Positions 36,780 through 50,489 of a stretch of DNA of 64,000 bases are shown piece by piece. Numbering within the stretch: position 1 is the first letter of the stretch; each line of letters opens with the position of its first letter. Origin of the DNA: Anthoceros angustus (Eukaryota > Plantae > Anthocerotophyta); assembly GCA_010909165.1 (NCBI GenBank), contig MU008216.1, positions 187,137-251,136 on the forward strand, read 5' to 3'. The position numbers were made by a program, and so were the translations under genes. The notes below the pieces were generated by a model. It saw only the letters and a program-made list of their open reading frames with translations, was not told where the DNA came from and did no database searches.

Positions 36780-38280
36780 GGGATGAGTCTGTCGCAGGCA
36801 AACACAAAGGGCACGCTGTGATTTCTTTCCACGTTTTTGACCGCCTAATGGAAGCAGCATGCCAACGGCGTGAGGAGGAGGATGTGGTGGACCGGAGGAG
36901 GAGGAGGGTGTGGTGAGGCGGAAGCGTACGGGGCGCTGTCAAGCGGGTGCAGAAAGGACCTCAGGAGGCTCAAGGGTTACCCTCAGAAGCACCGCGGTAC
37001 CGAGTATGTCTGCGCTACACTGACGCCCTTACGGTGACGTTGATTGGGGAGGCTCATGGGTATTGTCAGCAATGTGGCAAGTTCCACAAAGCTTTCCGAC
37101 TTTGACCATGACAAGAGGAGCTGCAGGCAGAAGCTAGTGAGAGGCACAATACTAGGAGGAGGAGGAAACTGTCTCTGGTTGCGTGGACTCTCTTCAAAGC
37201 TCTATTAGCTGTCGGCTGTCACATTCCACGGATATCTTGGGTCTGAACTTGCCTATGCTGGATGAGCAGCTGCAGTCTTCAACGTCTGGGATAACTTTGC
37301 AGTCGACTGAACTTGGGAGGGTCAATAATGTTGCTACGCATGCTTTCCCAAGCTCTGTATATGGGGACTGCGTTTCTAGCATTTGAAGCACTGCCTCTTC
37401 ATAAAGTGGATTGTGGAGCACGTCAGTTGAAGCAAGTACTAGAAACTGGGCTGCATCGTTTGGGGAAGTGTCTGGCCAGTATTTAGGCTTCAATCCTGGC
37501 GCATCGGGACCAGAAGAAGAGTCGTTGTTTTCTTTTCTTCTTGAAGATGTCCATGATGGGGAAACAGTTTTCTCCAACTCGAATGCTCCTGGCGCACAAG
37601 ATGCTATAACACCCTCTTTCAACGGTGCATCCTTCATATAGCGCTGCTCTCACTAGAAAATCTCCCACCAACTCATCCCTTTCCCCACAGGACGCATATC
37701 CTTCAAACTGTATGTATGACTGGAACTGCAATCGCTCGTACCGGCACGCAGTGAGGCTCCAGCGGCTTCTCAATTTCGCATTGGTAGGCCTGACTGTCCT
37801 TCTGTTACTGTCCTCTGCCACCTGGTTTGGTCAGACCATCGCTTGCCGGGCTCAGCTGGATCTGATCCCGCTCTCGCTCAGTAAAGTCAGCCATTGGAAC
37901 ACGGCACTGGAGCTGCACGCCTCAGGCCGGATGACGATCCAAGATCTGCTTCGGTTCCTTCCGCGGAGAAAGGGGTTTAGCTTCCCCACGAACGAGAACG
38001 ATGCGGCCCGTACAGTGTTGTGGAGATCGAAACCCTGAAGGAGCTAGCCCCTCCTTCACAGCAAAGCGGCTTTGGACAAAGTTATGGGTTTCCCTATGGA
38101 GCAGAAGGAATCCAACGTTTTTCAAGCCGACATCTAAACTCGGAAGAAGGGCCGTGATGAGCATGGTGGGGATCCTCTCATCCATGGCCAGCGGTGTGTG
38201 TGGGGGCGTGCTTCATATTCCTGCATCCCATATCCCAGCTGGACTCCTTGTCAAGCTCACTTGGGTTCCGGGGTGAGCCT
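36780..38280 (+). pseudogene. SPL7: SPL7-like SBP-box transcription factor, intronless processed pseudogene
   Basis: Frameshifted RCQ..GC.KDL..LKGY.QKHR.VCL..YCQQCGKFH..DFD.DKRSCRQKL.RHNTRRRRK (SPL7/CRR1-type SBP domain). PTGRISFKLYDWN at ~37687-37727. C-terminal AVCVGACFIFLHP transmembrane motif at ~38190-38230. Confidence 0.88.
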
Positions 38281-39004
38281 TGACACAGTAGGTACTTGTA
38301 GTGCTCATTCCTGGCCCCTTTCCGCGTCGCGCTGCTTGCTTGTATTCATTATTCGCAAGTTGCAGCGCCCGGAACAGGAGCTTTTGGAGCAGCAGCCTGA
38401 CCCCGCCCGGCGCCTTCGAACACTAAACATTAGGCATGGATAAATCAGGACAAAAATAGGGGACAAGCAAAAATCAAAATTGCACCATGACATTTATCTA
38501 CCTATATACACCTTATAGTTTCTTAGCCTGCTTAAAAGAGCATGCTACATGTCATTAAGCTTGATATAATATATTTCTTGAAAATGATGCATAACCTTGT
38601 TGAATATATGGTAGTATTGTGGTCTTTGAGTTACTATCTAAAAACTTTATAATATTAAGAAAAAATTAAATTCTTGGAGCATTTTATTGTTGGTCAGAAG
38701 TCCAAAACTATTGCAGTTGAAGGTGGCATATTTGTAGAGTGTGACCTAGAAAGTAGATCAAGGTATTTTTTCCAATCCAATATTAGATTGGAATCTTTTC
38801 CTTCGTACATGATGTGAGATGCATATCGTGCCATATATATATATATATAATATGTTTAAGGTATATATTACAAGTGAAGTATATTCCAAAGTTGGGTAGG
38901 ATACACGGAGTTGTGTTTTTCTTTTCATATAAGAAGTTAAAAATGTATACGTAGGTTTAATCTTATTATCTGTTGGACTATATTATTACATAAGTATTTT
39001 ACGA

Positions 39005-39538
39005 ATGTCTTGCATATTTCACCTGTTGTTTATGGTTTTTATAAGTTTTACAAAACATTTTGGTGTAGGAGAAGATGTGTATGGACCATTTTCTCAACCA
39101 GGTTTAAAATATACTGCACACGAATGTGGCCCAATTCAGCTTTCGTTTTCTGAAATGCAAGCAATGACATTTCAAACTGAAACACTTATATTTGCTGGTG
39201 AGTTTTCTCACCCTCGGCGTGCCGTTAGGAACACAAATATATTCAAGGGTACGGCTCATTGTCCTGGTTTGACAATGGATAATATATACATATATGGGCC
39301 CCCAGATGACCCGAACCTGACTTCAGATAAATGGATAAAAAGATTGTGTAGGAAATGTTTGGAACTGGTAAGGGACAAGATGCACAAGGAATTCTGCAAG
39401 TCTACAAATTGGGGCCGATATGCTTCAAGTGAATGTGTTATAACGTATCATTACTATTTCTCTGATTCAGAAGATGACTATTGTCCAACTTATTGGCCAC
39501 CTGAAATGTATCGAGACCCACGCTTAAGAAACCGATGA
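39005..39538 (+). CDS. Secreted cysteine-rich protein, Gnk2/DUF26-like, single exon, 177 aa
   Basis: Hydrophobic N-terminus; FKGTAHC..(28 aa)..CRKCLELVRDKMHKEFC..WGRYASSECVITYHYYF resembles the Gnk2 pattern G.AQC..C..CL..A...L...C....GA.....C.+RYE.Y.F. A diverged paralog nearby supports a real gene. Confidence 0.75.
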   Translation: MSCIFHLLFMVFISFTKHFGVGEDVYGPFSQPGLKYTAHECGPIQLSFSEMQAMTFQTETLIFAGEFSHPRRAVRNTNIFKGTAHCPGLTMDNIYIYGPPDDPNLTSDKWIKRLCRKCLELVRDKMHKEFCKSTNWGRYASSECVITYHYYFSDSEDDYCPTYWPPEMYRDPRLRNR

Positions 39539-40249
39539 TAAATATGATGACCTTGTCACTTTACATAGGGTCAAAAGATTTTTTTTTTTATGTGTATCTT
39601 AAATTTAGAGTTCACTTAGATTATTTTGATCTTAAATTCAGATAATTTTACATATATAGGGAGACACCATAATAGGACATAAGTTTTTCTTGTCAAATTG
39701 AAACTTATACTTAATTTCATAGATGTTGAAAGTAAAATGATCCAGCTGTAGACTTGTTTATGTAGTCTTCATGTCGTCTATTCAAGTTTAGGCTTCCAAT
39801 ATATATTACGTATAACACCTATCACGTTAACGTACATGGAATGATCGACATTCATGGATAATATTCTATTTTCTAATTCTTCTTTCTAACAAAACCTTGA
39901 CTATATAATAAACAAGATAGTGATGCAATCATAACTCACAAACCCACCAATGTGCTAATTTAATTAAGTTTAGTGGCACTGAAATCAAGATTTAATGAAT
40001 TTTTATGTTTTTTGATCATACATTTCCAATTCAAGTGAAAACACTTGCATTAGAAAACACGACAAAAACTAGCCTTCCCCTGAAGCATCAAAAGTGCACT
40101 TCAGTGCTTGAAAGTCTTTTTTAAGAGTATTGGCTTACAACTTGTTGTACAACATTGTAGTTTGTGCAAGACCCAATAACTACAATGCTGGACAAATATT
40201 AAGAGTATAAATAAGAGAGTATGTACATATTTTAGGTTGAATAGGTCAA

Positions 40250-40696
40250 ACAAAACTTATGAAACTCCGATAAAACTTACGGACTCACTAACTTAAAACA
40301 TGAATGTAGTCAATACTCAATTCTAGAAACTCAAATGCAAATCGTGTGTGGTAGCTAAAGGGCGCTTGCTTTTGGTGGAGCCACGTTTTTCCTAATCGTG
40401 TTGTAGTGAATACAAATAACTTCAAGGGTATTGCACATTGTCCACGTATGTCAGTAGCCAAAGCTGATAGGTATGGACCTCCTGAAAATCCAAACATGAG
40501 TGAAGAAAAATGGATGCCTCTATTATGTAGAAAATGTCTCCTTTTTGCTCGATACAAACTGCATAATGAATATTTTTGATTTTTTCATTAGGGACGATAT
40601 GCATCAACTGAATGTACTATCACATGTCACTATTATCCTGTAGATACAGAAGAAAATTATTGTCCAATATTTTGGCCTCTCAAGGACCAAGATTAA
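40250..40696 (+). pseudogene. Decayed tandem paralog of the 39005-39538 gene
   Basis: NTNNFKGIAHCP..YGPPENPNMSEEKWMPLLCRKCL..EYF*FFH*GRYASTECTITCHYY..YCPIFWP, with two in-frame stops and upstream frameshifts. Confidence 0.88.
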
Positions 40697-40779
40697 GAAG
40701 CTAATAGTTAACCTATTTCGATCAAGAAGCTAATAGTTAACTATTTCAATCAAGAAGCTAATAGTTAACATATTTCATT

Positions 40780-43770
40780 TTTTTATCAATTTTAGATTTA
40801 AGTTGAATAGTTACCATGAAAAATATTCTAGATGATTCTTTCATATTTGCAAGAAAGATGAACAAACACAAGAAGCCTATACCAATAAAGAGGGCCGATG
40901 TCGTACAATTGTATTTTTCTATTTATCCATGTCAAAAAAGCTACCTTTATATGTGGAGTAAGATAACATGTAAATCTTAAGTTGGGGATAATACGGGCTA
41001 ATAGCTCCATCAAAACCTTGACCAAGATAAACAAGTGATGATACAATCATAACTCACAAACCCACCAATGAGGTGGTTTAGTTTAGTGGCACTCAAATCA
41101 AAGTTACATGACATTTTTTTCTTTCACAAATTATTCCCAATTCAAGTAAAAATACCACTAAAACCAGCCTTCCCTTGAACTAGCAAAAGTGCACTTAATT
41201 TGTCACTAAATTTCTCATGAAGTTGCTGTTGTGGAGAGTTCAATTTTTCAAGTTCAAAAAAATAGGTGAAATGTAGCTATGGACTAACCCACTCCCCATT
41301 CCATACCATGGCATTGGGGCCAAGTCTCGAGAAGACGAAAATTCATCCTCAATTGAGTTTATTTGAATTCCTCCTCCTTCTCCATTCTTCAAGTTCAATA
41401 GCTCCTCAATTTAAAGATTACATTGCCTCTTGGCTTTAGGTTTCTCCTTTGCCAACTTACTCGTAGGATATTGTATATATTGTTTTTTGTGCTTTGCAAT
41501 AAACGGTCCTCTCAACAGGGGTGTAAAGTCACCCATCGACAACTACACATGTACACCGTAGGCGTGAACAGAGTATCTTCGGTACAAGTAAGTTCACCGC
41601 AACCTGCATGGATAGTAATATACAAGTCAAGAGCTTTGTGAGCCAGCAACGCGTAAAGAAATATATCTCTCAAGTACCACGTTCACGTTATGATTAGACA
41701 CAAGGAGCGCTCCTTATGGTATCACTAATCCATCTGTGAAGAAGTAGAGGGGTGTCGACCATATTTGGGGTTAGGGTTTAGGTAATTAAATATAATCATA
41801 AGGGTAGCTAGAATTGAATAGTTGTACCTTCATTAGGTGTTGCGTGCCATAGTGAATAGTCACGTTGTTTTAGTTTTAGTTTTAGTTTAGCTATGTCTTT
41901 TCAGCATAAGCTATTATTATCATAGGTTGATACTTTCTTGATATAAAATATAATTACTAAATAATTAATTGACGATAGAAAATTACAAGAAAAGAAACAT
42001 GCAAGAGTGCAAGTTAGAAACACTAATTCGCAAATACACAACCTCGATGATGGTACCCCTTGCTCACCGATGATCCCCAATAGATACAATAGGCTAGGAA
42101 TGCTTGATAGATCGTCCTGACGGATCATCTACATCGTAGGATCTATGGGTGGAGTCACAAGAATCAATTCCCTGCCATGCAAATTGATATAAAGGGAGCG
42201 GCCTCTGCCCTGGGCCTCGACGCTACCAAATGGTTTTTTCGGCAGGTAAATTTTAGAGAGAGAAAATTGACCTTTTGGTCATTATTTACCAATTTTAGAT
42301 TTAAGTTGAATAGTTACCATGAAATATTCTAGATGATTCTTTCATATTTGCAAGAAAGATGAACAAACACAAGAAGCCTATACCAATAAAGAGGGCCGAT
42401 GTCGTACAATTGTATTTTTCTATTTATCCATGTCAAAAAAGCTACCTTTATATGTGGAGTAAGATAACATGTAAATCTTAAGTTGGGGATAATACCCGGG
42501 GCTAACTCGGGGCTCCATCAAAACCTTGACCAAGATAAACAAGCTGATGATACAATCATAACTCACAAACCCACCAATGAGGTGGTTTAGTTTAGTGGCA
42601 CTCAAATCAAAGTTACATGACATTTTTTTCTTTCACAAATTATTCCCAATTCAAGTAAAAATACCACTAAAACCAGCCTTCCCTTGAACTAGCAAAAGTG
42701 CACTTAATTTGTCACTAAATTTCTCATGAAGTTGCTGTTGTGGAGAGTTCAATTTTTCAAGTTCAAAAAAATAGGTGAAATGTAGCTATGGACTAACACT
42801 CCCATTCCATACCATGGCATTGGGGCCAAGTCTCGAGAAGGCAATTCATCCTCAATTGAGTTTATTTGAATTCCTCCTCCTTCTCCATTCTTCAAGTTCA
42901 ATAGCTCCTCAATTTAAAGATTACATTGCCTCTTGGCTTTAGGTTTCTCGTGATATTGTTTTTGTGCTTTGCTGCGGTCCTCTCAGCGGTGTAAAGCTTC
43001 TCGGCTCATTGACAACTACACATGTACTGGCGTAAACGATGACAGTATCTTGGTACAAGTAAGTTCTTGCAACCTGCATGGATAGGTAATATACACAAGT
43101 CAAGAGCTTTGTGAGCGACTACCAGCGTAAAGAAATATATCTCTCAAGTATCGATTCACGTTATGATTAGACACAAGGAGCGCTCCTTATGGTATCACTA
43201 ATCCATCCCGTGAAGAAGTAGAGGTGTGTCGACCATATTTGGGGTTAGGGTTTAGGTAATTAAATATAATCATAAGGGTAGCTAGAATTGAATAGTTGTA
43301 CCCCTTCATTAGGGTTGCGTGCCATAGTGAATAGTCACGTTGTTTTAGTTTTAGTTTTAGTTTAGCTATGTCTTCATAAGCTATTATTATCATAGGTTGA
43401 TACTTTCTTGATATAAAATATAATTACTAAATAATTAATTGACGATAGAAAATTACAAGAAAAGAAACATGCGGTGTTTACAAGTTAGAAAACACTAATT
43501 GGCCAAATGCAATTGCCAACCTCGATGGCAGTGGTGCGCCTCTTGAGATCCCCAATAGATGCAATAGGCGGGAATGCGATAGATCGTCCACGGATCATCT
43601 ACATCGTAGGATCTATGAGTGGAGTCACAAGAATCAATTTCGGCTGCAACCGGTGATATAAAGGAAGCGTAAAGTCGCGGCCGTCTGGGGCCTCGGCCAG
43701 CGCCCGACTGGTTTTTTCGTAGTCGGAGTAAAATTTTAGAGAAAATTGACCTTTTGGTCATTATTTTACC
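40780..43770. repeat. ~1.5-kb tandem duplication (40780-42290 / 42290-43770)
   Basis: Near-identical copies differing by small indels. Confidence 0.9.
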
Positions 43771-46700
43771 CAGTAAAATTCATTCTGGTATAGTAGAAAA
43801 TCATCTACCATCAAGGTACAAAACAAATGAACCATACAAGTGGGGTAAAATCATCTACCATCAAGGTAGAAAATAGAGCACTAGAGTAGAAAACATGGCG
43901 ACCAAGTGAATACCGGTCTAGAAGCTCATTCTAGAAATCCCACCAAAATCGCTAATCGACAAAAACATTTTCATTAAATAATATTCATGCGGATCCGGGA
44001 TATACAAAAACCAACAAAGAAACCTTTTCTTTGCGAGTTTCTGTATATCCGAATGGCATGAAATACAAACAACTAATGAAGAGTAAATACCGATAGATTG
44101 AACTCGCTAGATTGAACTCTACTTCAACAACAATGGAACCTACAAACAAAGCAAGACACAAACCGTGATTAGGCGATACTAGAAAACCGAAATAATCATA
44201 GCAAATACTTAGGAAATGATACTCACCTTATTTAGGAAATTGGTACAATTATACTGATTGAAAACGTAATTTTCACGACCACTTGGCTTGATTGGCGGTT
44301 ATGCGCATCATTCTTGGCAACCAATTGATGAAGAGGACTTGGGCGAAATTGTCCGGCTTCGCAAGGTGACAACCTAATAAAATACAACCATTGATTTTCA
44401 ATGTCTGCGATTAATAAAGAGCATAAGAAAACTTACCAATCACGGATTTTCGAGATAGTGCAAATATCTCGAGACACATTCTTACGCTCTGTTCTCTTTT
44501 CCTGCGGTCTTGAACCTCTTCGCTCCATCTGCTGCTTGATTTCTCTTGATGCTTAATGTGCTCTTGTCTCCTCTCCACATTTCTCCGCCTTTGGATCTCA
44601 AGGGCTTTCTCTCTTGCTTAGAGACTCGTAATTCGCTACGCCTCTGTCTCTCTATAAGAGCCTCCAAATCCTTTTGCGAAACTCCAATTCCTGTTACATC
44701 TATCATACTCCAATTCCGTACTCGCGCAATCTCGAAGCCCGCTCAAAGCCACTTCCATTTCCATTTGCGGTCCAGTGCAATACAATATCGGTGCTACCAC
44801 ACATTTACATCTGGTTAACCCGGATGTGATCACACTCACTATGCACAATGCCCTCCGGAGGGACCACATCCACTTCCCTCGGTATCAATGTTGAAATGAG
44901 GGGCGGTAGTCTTCCACTAGTCGCAGGATTCACAACCGCCAAGATAAACATAATCGAAACTCCAAAAGAAGTGAAAACAAAACAAGCAGACAAAGAATCA
45001 ACCTTGTCAACATATGGAATTTCACTAGAACACCCGGTTGTTGGTCTGCTATCCATCCGAATGCCTTGGCCACGCTTTCGGGAGGTATGTTTGCAACCAA
45101 AACACCGATCTCCCACCGCCAGAGACCGATGATTAAAACAGATCCAACATGGCGGCGCAAGGAACGACAACACAACTTGAACAGACAAAGTGGACCACAT
45201 GGTGCGGCTTCGATTCGGTCGACATTGTTCAAAGGTCCGCTTTCATGATGAACAACGAGGGTGCTATGAGACACCTAACACACAAAAAAAGTCGACACGA
45301 TTAATCAAAACAAGTCCACCTACAAACTTGCAACAAATCTCAAACACTTACATTGTTAACTGTTGCACTCGCAAGTGCGATCTTGACTAGTACAATTTCG
45401 AGTCACATTGAGGACGGTTGACGAACACCCTTAAATCATCCATCCGATTGATTCTTGGTTCAAAAGCTCCCGATAGGATCGCCGTTCACCGAACAAGGAC
45501 TCTTCTTGTACTGTTTGCTTGACGGGCCGGTCATATCGCAAACCATATCGACATCGGGAAGGAACATACAAAGGACTCAAATGTCACAAGCTTTCAAAAC
45601 ATATTACCTTGAGAATCCGGATCTGTTTTATGGCTCACACTTCTCCCATCGAAGGCACCGAGCCATCGTCAAACGTGTAATCATTGTTACAGCGGCTCTT
45701 ATTGGTGTAATAGCCAACAAGCCCGCTTCACCATGGTCTTCATGAACCTTGACAACATTCCTTTTGAAACACGAAGTTTTGCATACCAAGCCTAGCCAAA
45801 AAACAAACAGTTAGTAAATACAAACCACAAAACTTAAGCCCAAATAACCACAAACTTACATGTGATCTTGGGTTATCAATGGTTGAATTGAACAGAAACC
45901 CCTGAATTGACAGATTTTTGTCGTTCGCGGACCACTTGGGAGAGTGATCAATAACAGCTCTAAAAGTTTCGATAACATCTTGCTCGTAGATCTTGACCTT
46001 TTGACGGAAATGCTCACTCTGTTAATTCTTCATGTCCACTTTATAATTTTTAAGCCGTTCTTGATACGCAAATAAAAGCGAAGCTTAATACATCAAAACA
46101 ACAAAACATACCAATGTCAAAGATACAATGAACAAAACAACCAAAACATCTTGAACAAAAGGTCCTCAATCTGCGAGAACGAGAAGTCCGATGAGCGGGT
46201 TATGTAACTCTTCACCACCTCGAACTCCAAACTGGTCATGCAAAATATGCACACACCGCAAACAATAGACAGGCCTCCGTGTTTAAAACCATAAATGAAC
46301 AATCAAAGTGCACCCCTAAACCAACAATATTACCTTTTTGAGCCCCCAAATGAGCATTGATGATCTCGTGTGAAAGAATCGCTCATCATCATCGAAATCA
46401 ACTTCACCTCTTTTCGACATGACACAATTCCAAGGTCCTTGCGATTTTCATGGGCAACCAATACAGGACCCATGGAAAATTCCATGAAACATGTTGATCA
46501 AGAACATCGAACCAAGCTTTGGTTCAAGATGCACTTCCTTGTTAAAATTCGGTTAAAACCACGAAAGAAAGACATCAACCTGAGAGAACAAAAATCATCA
46601 TGTGAATGAAAGTCTATCAAAATCAACAAGTCAAAACATCACTACTTACGTTTGAGAAAATCTCCTATTGTCCTTGATTCGAACTTGATGGAAAAAGGTA

Positions 46701-47450
46701 TCGAATAAGATTTAGATCCTTGTAAGGATATCCTCAACGGTATCCCATCCCCGACCCACTCACTTTCATAAAGGCCCGACGACTTGACACCGGTTATTCC
46801 GTTTGGACCTATCCTCCCCACCACTCAACGCATCATTCACGCTCCCTCTGGGACTATTGGGTCAAATCCCTGCTCTCTGAAAATTGCTTCATCATCAATT
46901 TCCTCCATACCCATGGCAAAGTCATCTTGGGATCATCACACTTTAGCCTCTCAAACATATCAAGCACTTCTTGATCGGGGACTCGGTGGGGAACCACAAC
47001 AGCATGGAAAAGCGCCCAGAAGCATTCTGTCAGCGGCACACAAATCTCTAGACTCGAGTTTTGGCGGCACTCACAACCATGGGATCGTGGGTTATCAAGA
47101 AATCATTCTCCCCACAAACCGGACCCCTCTCTCGAGACCGGACATAGTTAGTAATCTCTGCAAGAGGACCTTCAACCAAAGCCAGTCGAGTGTCCACCCT
47201 TCTCCTCTCGAACAAACTCAGTGCCGTCGGTCCTTCTTGGATGAAAATCGCCTTGGCGGTTTGGGCAAGTCTTTTGGGAACTAAGTAAGTTCCTTCACTG
47301 CACCAAGACACCATCAACTTTACCATCATCCCCGGATGAGTTGCGATATCGAGCATGGTTGACACTGTTTATCTGGCTATGTAAGCAGCCGCCTTGACCG
47401 AGATCCTTGTTTTTCCGGCCCAGAGCCGTGGGTTTTCTTTTAGGAGCCAT
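41900..47450 (-). pseudogene. Decayed multi-exon gene of an unclassified transposon-like element (starts MAPKRK)
   Basis: ATG at 47450 (MAPKRKPTALGRKNK). Coding-like blocks separated by GTAAGT/GTGAGT..AG introns, with many stops. A second copy lies at 61060-62560. Confidence 0.55.
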
Positions 47451-50400
47451 CTGCAAAAACATAAAGATTAGAGTGGTCAAGAACTTGAAACAAAATGGAA
47501 GTCGAGGATCAATGACACAAAATAATACTCACATGGTGTTTGACTTCGAAATGGAACTCTGAACAATTGATTATAAAACAAACTAGGAACGAGGATAGGG
47601 AAATGGGACATATTCATTGACATTGTTTATTGAAATCCCTCCACTTTGGTTAGTGAGCAGATAACTCCTTCTTAACAACACCCACATACTTCACGTAATA
47701 GAAGACTGTTAGATTTAAGAGAAACAAATGAACAAAATACACTAGAACAAGCAAGCAAAAAAGAAAACGAAACAGACAAAATAATCTTCAGACGGACCAA
47801 ATGAATTGATCTAGGCCTTTAAAACTTGACCTTGGTGCGTCAAAAACAAGAATAGTATCATATGAAACAACTAATCAAAGCCCGAAACAAGCGATATTGC
47901 ACTAAAACATTATCACTCAGACAAGACACAAGTACCTTAGGGTTTTTCAAAAACATGACGAAAAATATGTTAAAATGATAACCAACACATTTGCTCTAAA
48001 CAAACAAATACCTAAAGTTTACAATATCATGAAAGGGATTAGTCACGAAAACACCTTAAGAAAACAAATGGGCATCTTGGCGGTCAACAAATCGACAAAC
48101 AAAGGTGAATGTTGAAACAATACAACATAGCGATACAACAAAACAACAACATAAAACCAAATGTCAAACAAAGTACAACACAACTTACACTTGAAACGAC
48201 AAGACAAGTTGGAAAATTTATCACGTTCACCACAATGTGCTCCGGAAGAATACGATACCACATAACATGCAAGAAAACAAATTAACGTCGGTTAGGCGGC
48301 AAATAGATGGAAACAAGGAAAAACTCCTAAACAAAACAAAGACGCACAAACAGTAGACCTTAAAAATTAGGCATCCGACAGAAACAAAAACGACATTTAT
48401 TACAAAAACACTGAACAATCAAAACCATGATATAGAATGACACCAACAATCCATGCGTACGCGATTGCAGATAATTTGACCAACAAGCGCTAATATCCAT
48501 CGACTACGATAAAAGTGTCGATTAACAACATAAAACAAACTAAGTCTTAAATAAAAATGGATCCGTAAAGCGGAAAAACAACATGACAAGAAAACATAGA
48601 CAACCACTAGGAGCGGACAAACGCCGATTCAATGAACAAAACAAAGGACCACATTCAAAAACAGAAAGTGTGTTAAGAACCACAAACACAAAGCATCGCT
48701 AAAGCTCAATGAAGGACGGCGAAATGTTGAGACTTTTAAACACGCCGCAAAGCGAACAAAACAACAGAGATCTTTCAAGAAAACACAAACAGACATCCAC
48801 ACGCCAAATACAAAGCTGAAAAACACAAAGTGAACCCGACGCGAAAGGTAAGACAGCAAACACTCAAGTTGTTGGAAAACCGAGCGAAGAAATGCAAAGA
48901 ACAAAACACGAAAGAGCTAAAATCACAACAACAAAGTCAAGACGCTAAGCAATGATCGGCTACCAAAAGCAAGAATAGCACAGTAGTACAAGAAACTAGG
49001 CAATCTATAGAAGAATGCGAAGGCAGGCAGAACAAAACAACCTTGATCTAATTTCACCCCTTTCGACACCACGTTACACTACCACTTGAAACACAACACA
49101 ATCAAACTGGCCGGATCGGGCACGAAAATACCAACGGCTGGACGCCGAAACAGAGAAAAAGACCTCGGCCTTGAAGCGTCTAAACCTAAAGCAAAAGAAC
49201 CTTGGCCTCGAAAAGACAACACCAAGCGGCATAAAAGCACACGTTGAGCCTATAAAGCAGACACCTTGACCACAAGGCATGCAACGTGGGACCTAAAACA
49301 AAGCAAAAACACACGCTAAGCGGCAAAAGCGAGAAAAAAGACCTCGGCCTTGACACGGAGAAGGTCTCTAAAGCAAAATGAACAGCCTCGAAAAAAGACA
49401 CAAGCCTTCCATCAGCGGCATAAAAGCCACACGTCACAAACCTATAAGCAGACCACAAGGCTAAACTTGGCCTTGACGTACAAACACACATGGCTCCCCA
49501 TCAGGAAGAGGCGCCTGACCTGAAATGAAGAATGACTAACTTGAAACAGCTTATATAGCAAACCTTCTGCTCTGGCCCCTACATTCTCTCTACCAACCAC
49601 TTTGAATTTTCCGAACCTAAAATCCGAGTCCAAACATCTAGGTTCGATTGATTAACCCGCCGCCTCCAAACCTAGGTTTCGGTCCCAAACCTAGCCGACC
49701 ATGCATACACACCAAACCTAATCTACCCCAAGCGTAACCGCCCAACCAAACCCAGCGATGAAATCTAAACCCTACACTACAGCATGCACTACCGCCTTCA
49801 CCATGCATGGTTTTCATCCTCACGCCTCGCTGTTCGCTCACACCTGCTCGGCTCTGCGATGGTCTCGGTCGCTCAACAACGCGCCGCCTGACTTCACACG
49901 TCTTCTTGGCGTCTCTAGGAGGGTTCTCTTGATTGTCTTCACCATCCGATCCTCCTCCCACGCCTTCGCCCAAGTCTTGAAGGTCCTTTGCGGAGAGTCC
50001 TAGCGCGACGGTGAGAAGGCTTGAAACCTTGTTTTGAGGTTTGCGACCAAGTTGCCAGTTCTCTCGTTTCTCTTTCGTCTTTTTTCGATCATCACTGCAG
50101 TCTCCATTCTTGCCTTCGGGTAGTTTGTGCATCACCTGGTTGTTCTCACCTTTTTTTCTTGAAACTCTAGAGCCTTGTGCTCTTCATGTTGCCTCACTTG
50201 CCTCAGTTTCCGTGTTTTGATCCATCTTGTGATCGTGCGACAGAGTGTTTGCGCCCTGGCTTCGTCTATGATAAGGTGAAAGCTTTTGTTTGCAGCTTTG
50301 AGTTAACCATATGTCTTTTGTCGGTGCGGCATGCCGCTTGCTCGTAGTGGTGGCATGCCGCCTCGCGGCGTTGAGTATTGCCGCCCGTGCGTTGATACGG

Positions 50401-50489
50401 CTGCCGCAACACGGCGTCGTTGCATCGCGACACGTGGCGTGAGTGGCGCATGCCGCCGCGCAACGCGTTGTGGCGGCAGCCTCCGCCTT

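Noticed and set aside
37194-38185. Minus-strand ORFs 37194-37637, 37483-37821 and 37922-38185
   Set aside because: Antisense to the SPL7-like pseudogene, whose motifs are on the plus strand.
41765-41785. GGGGTTAGGGTTTAGG telomere-like sequence (also ~43240)
   Set aside because: Only about two units; too short to call an interstitial telomeric array or a LINE target.
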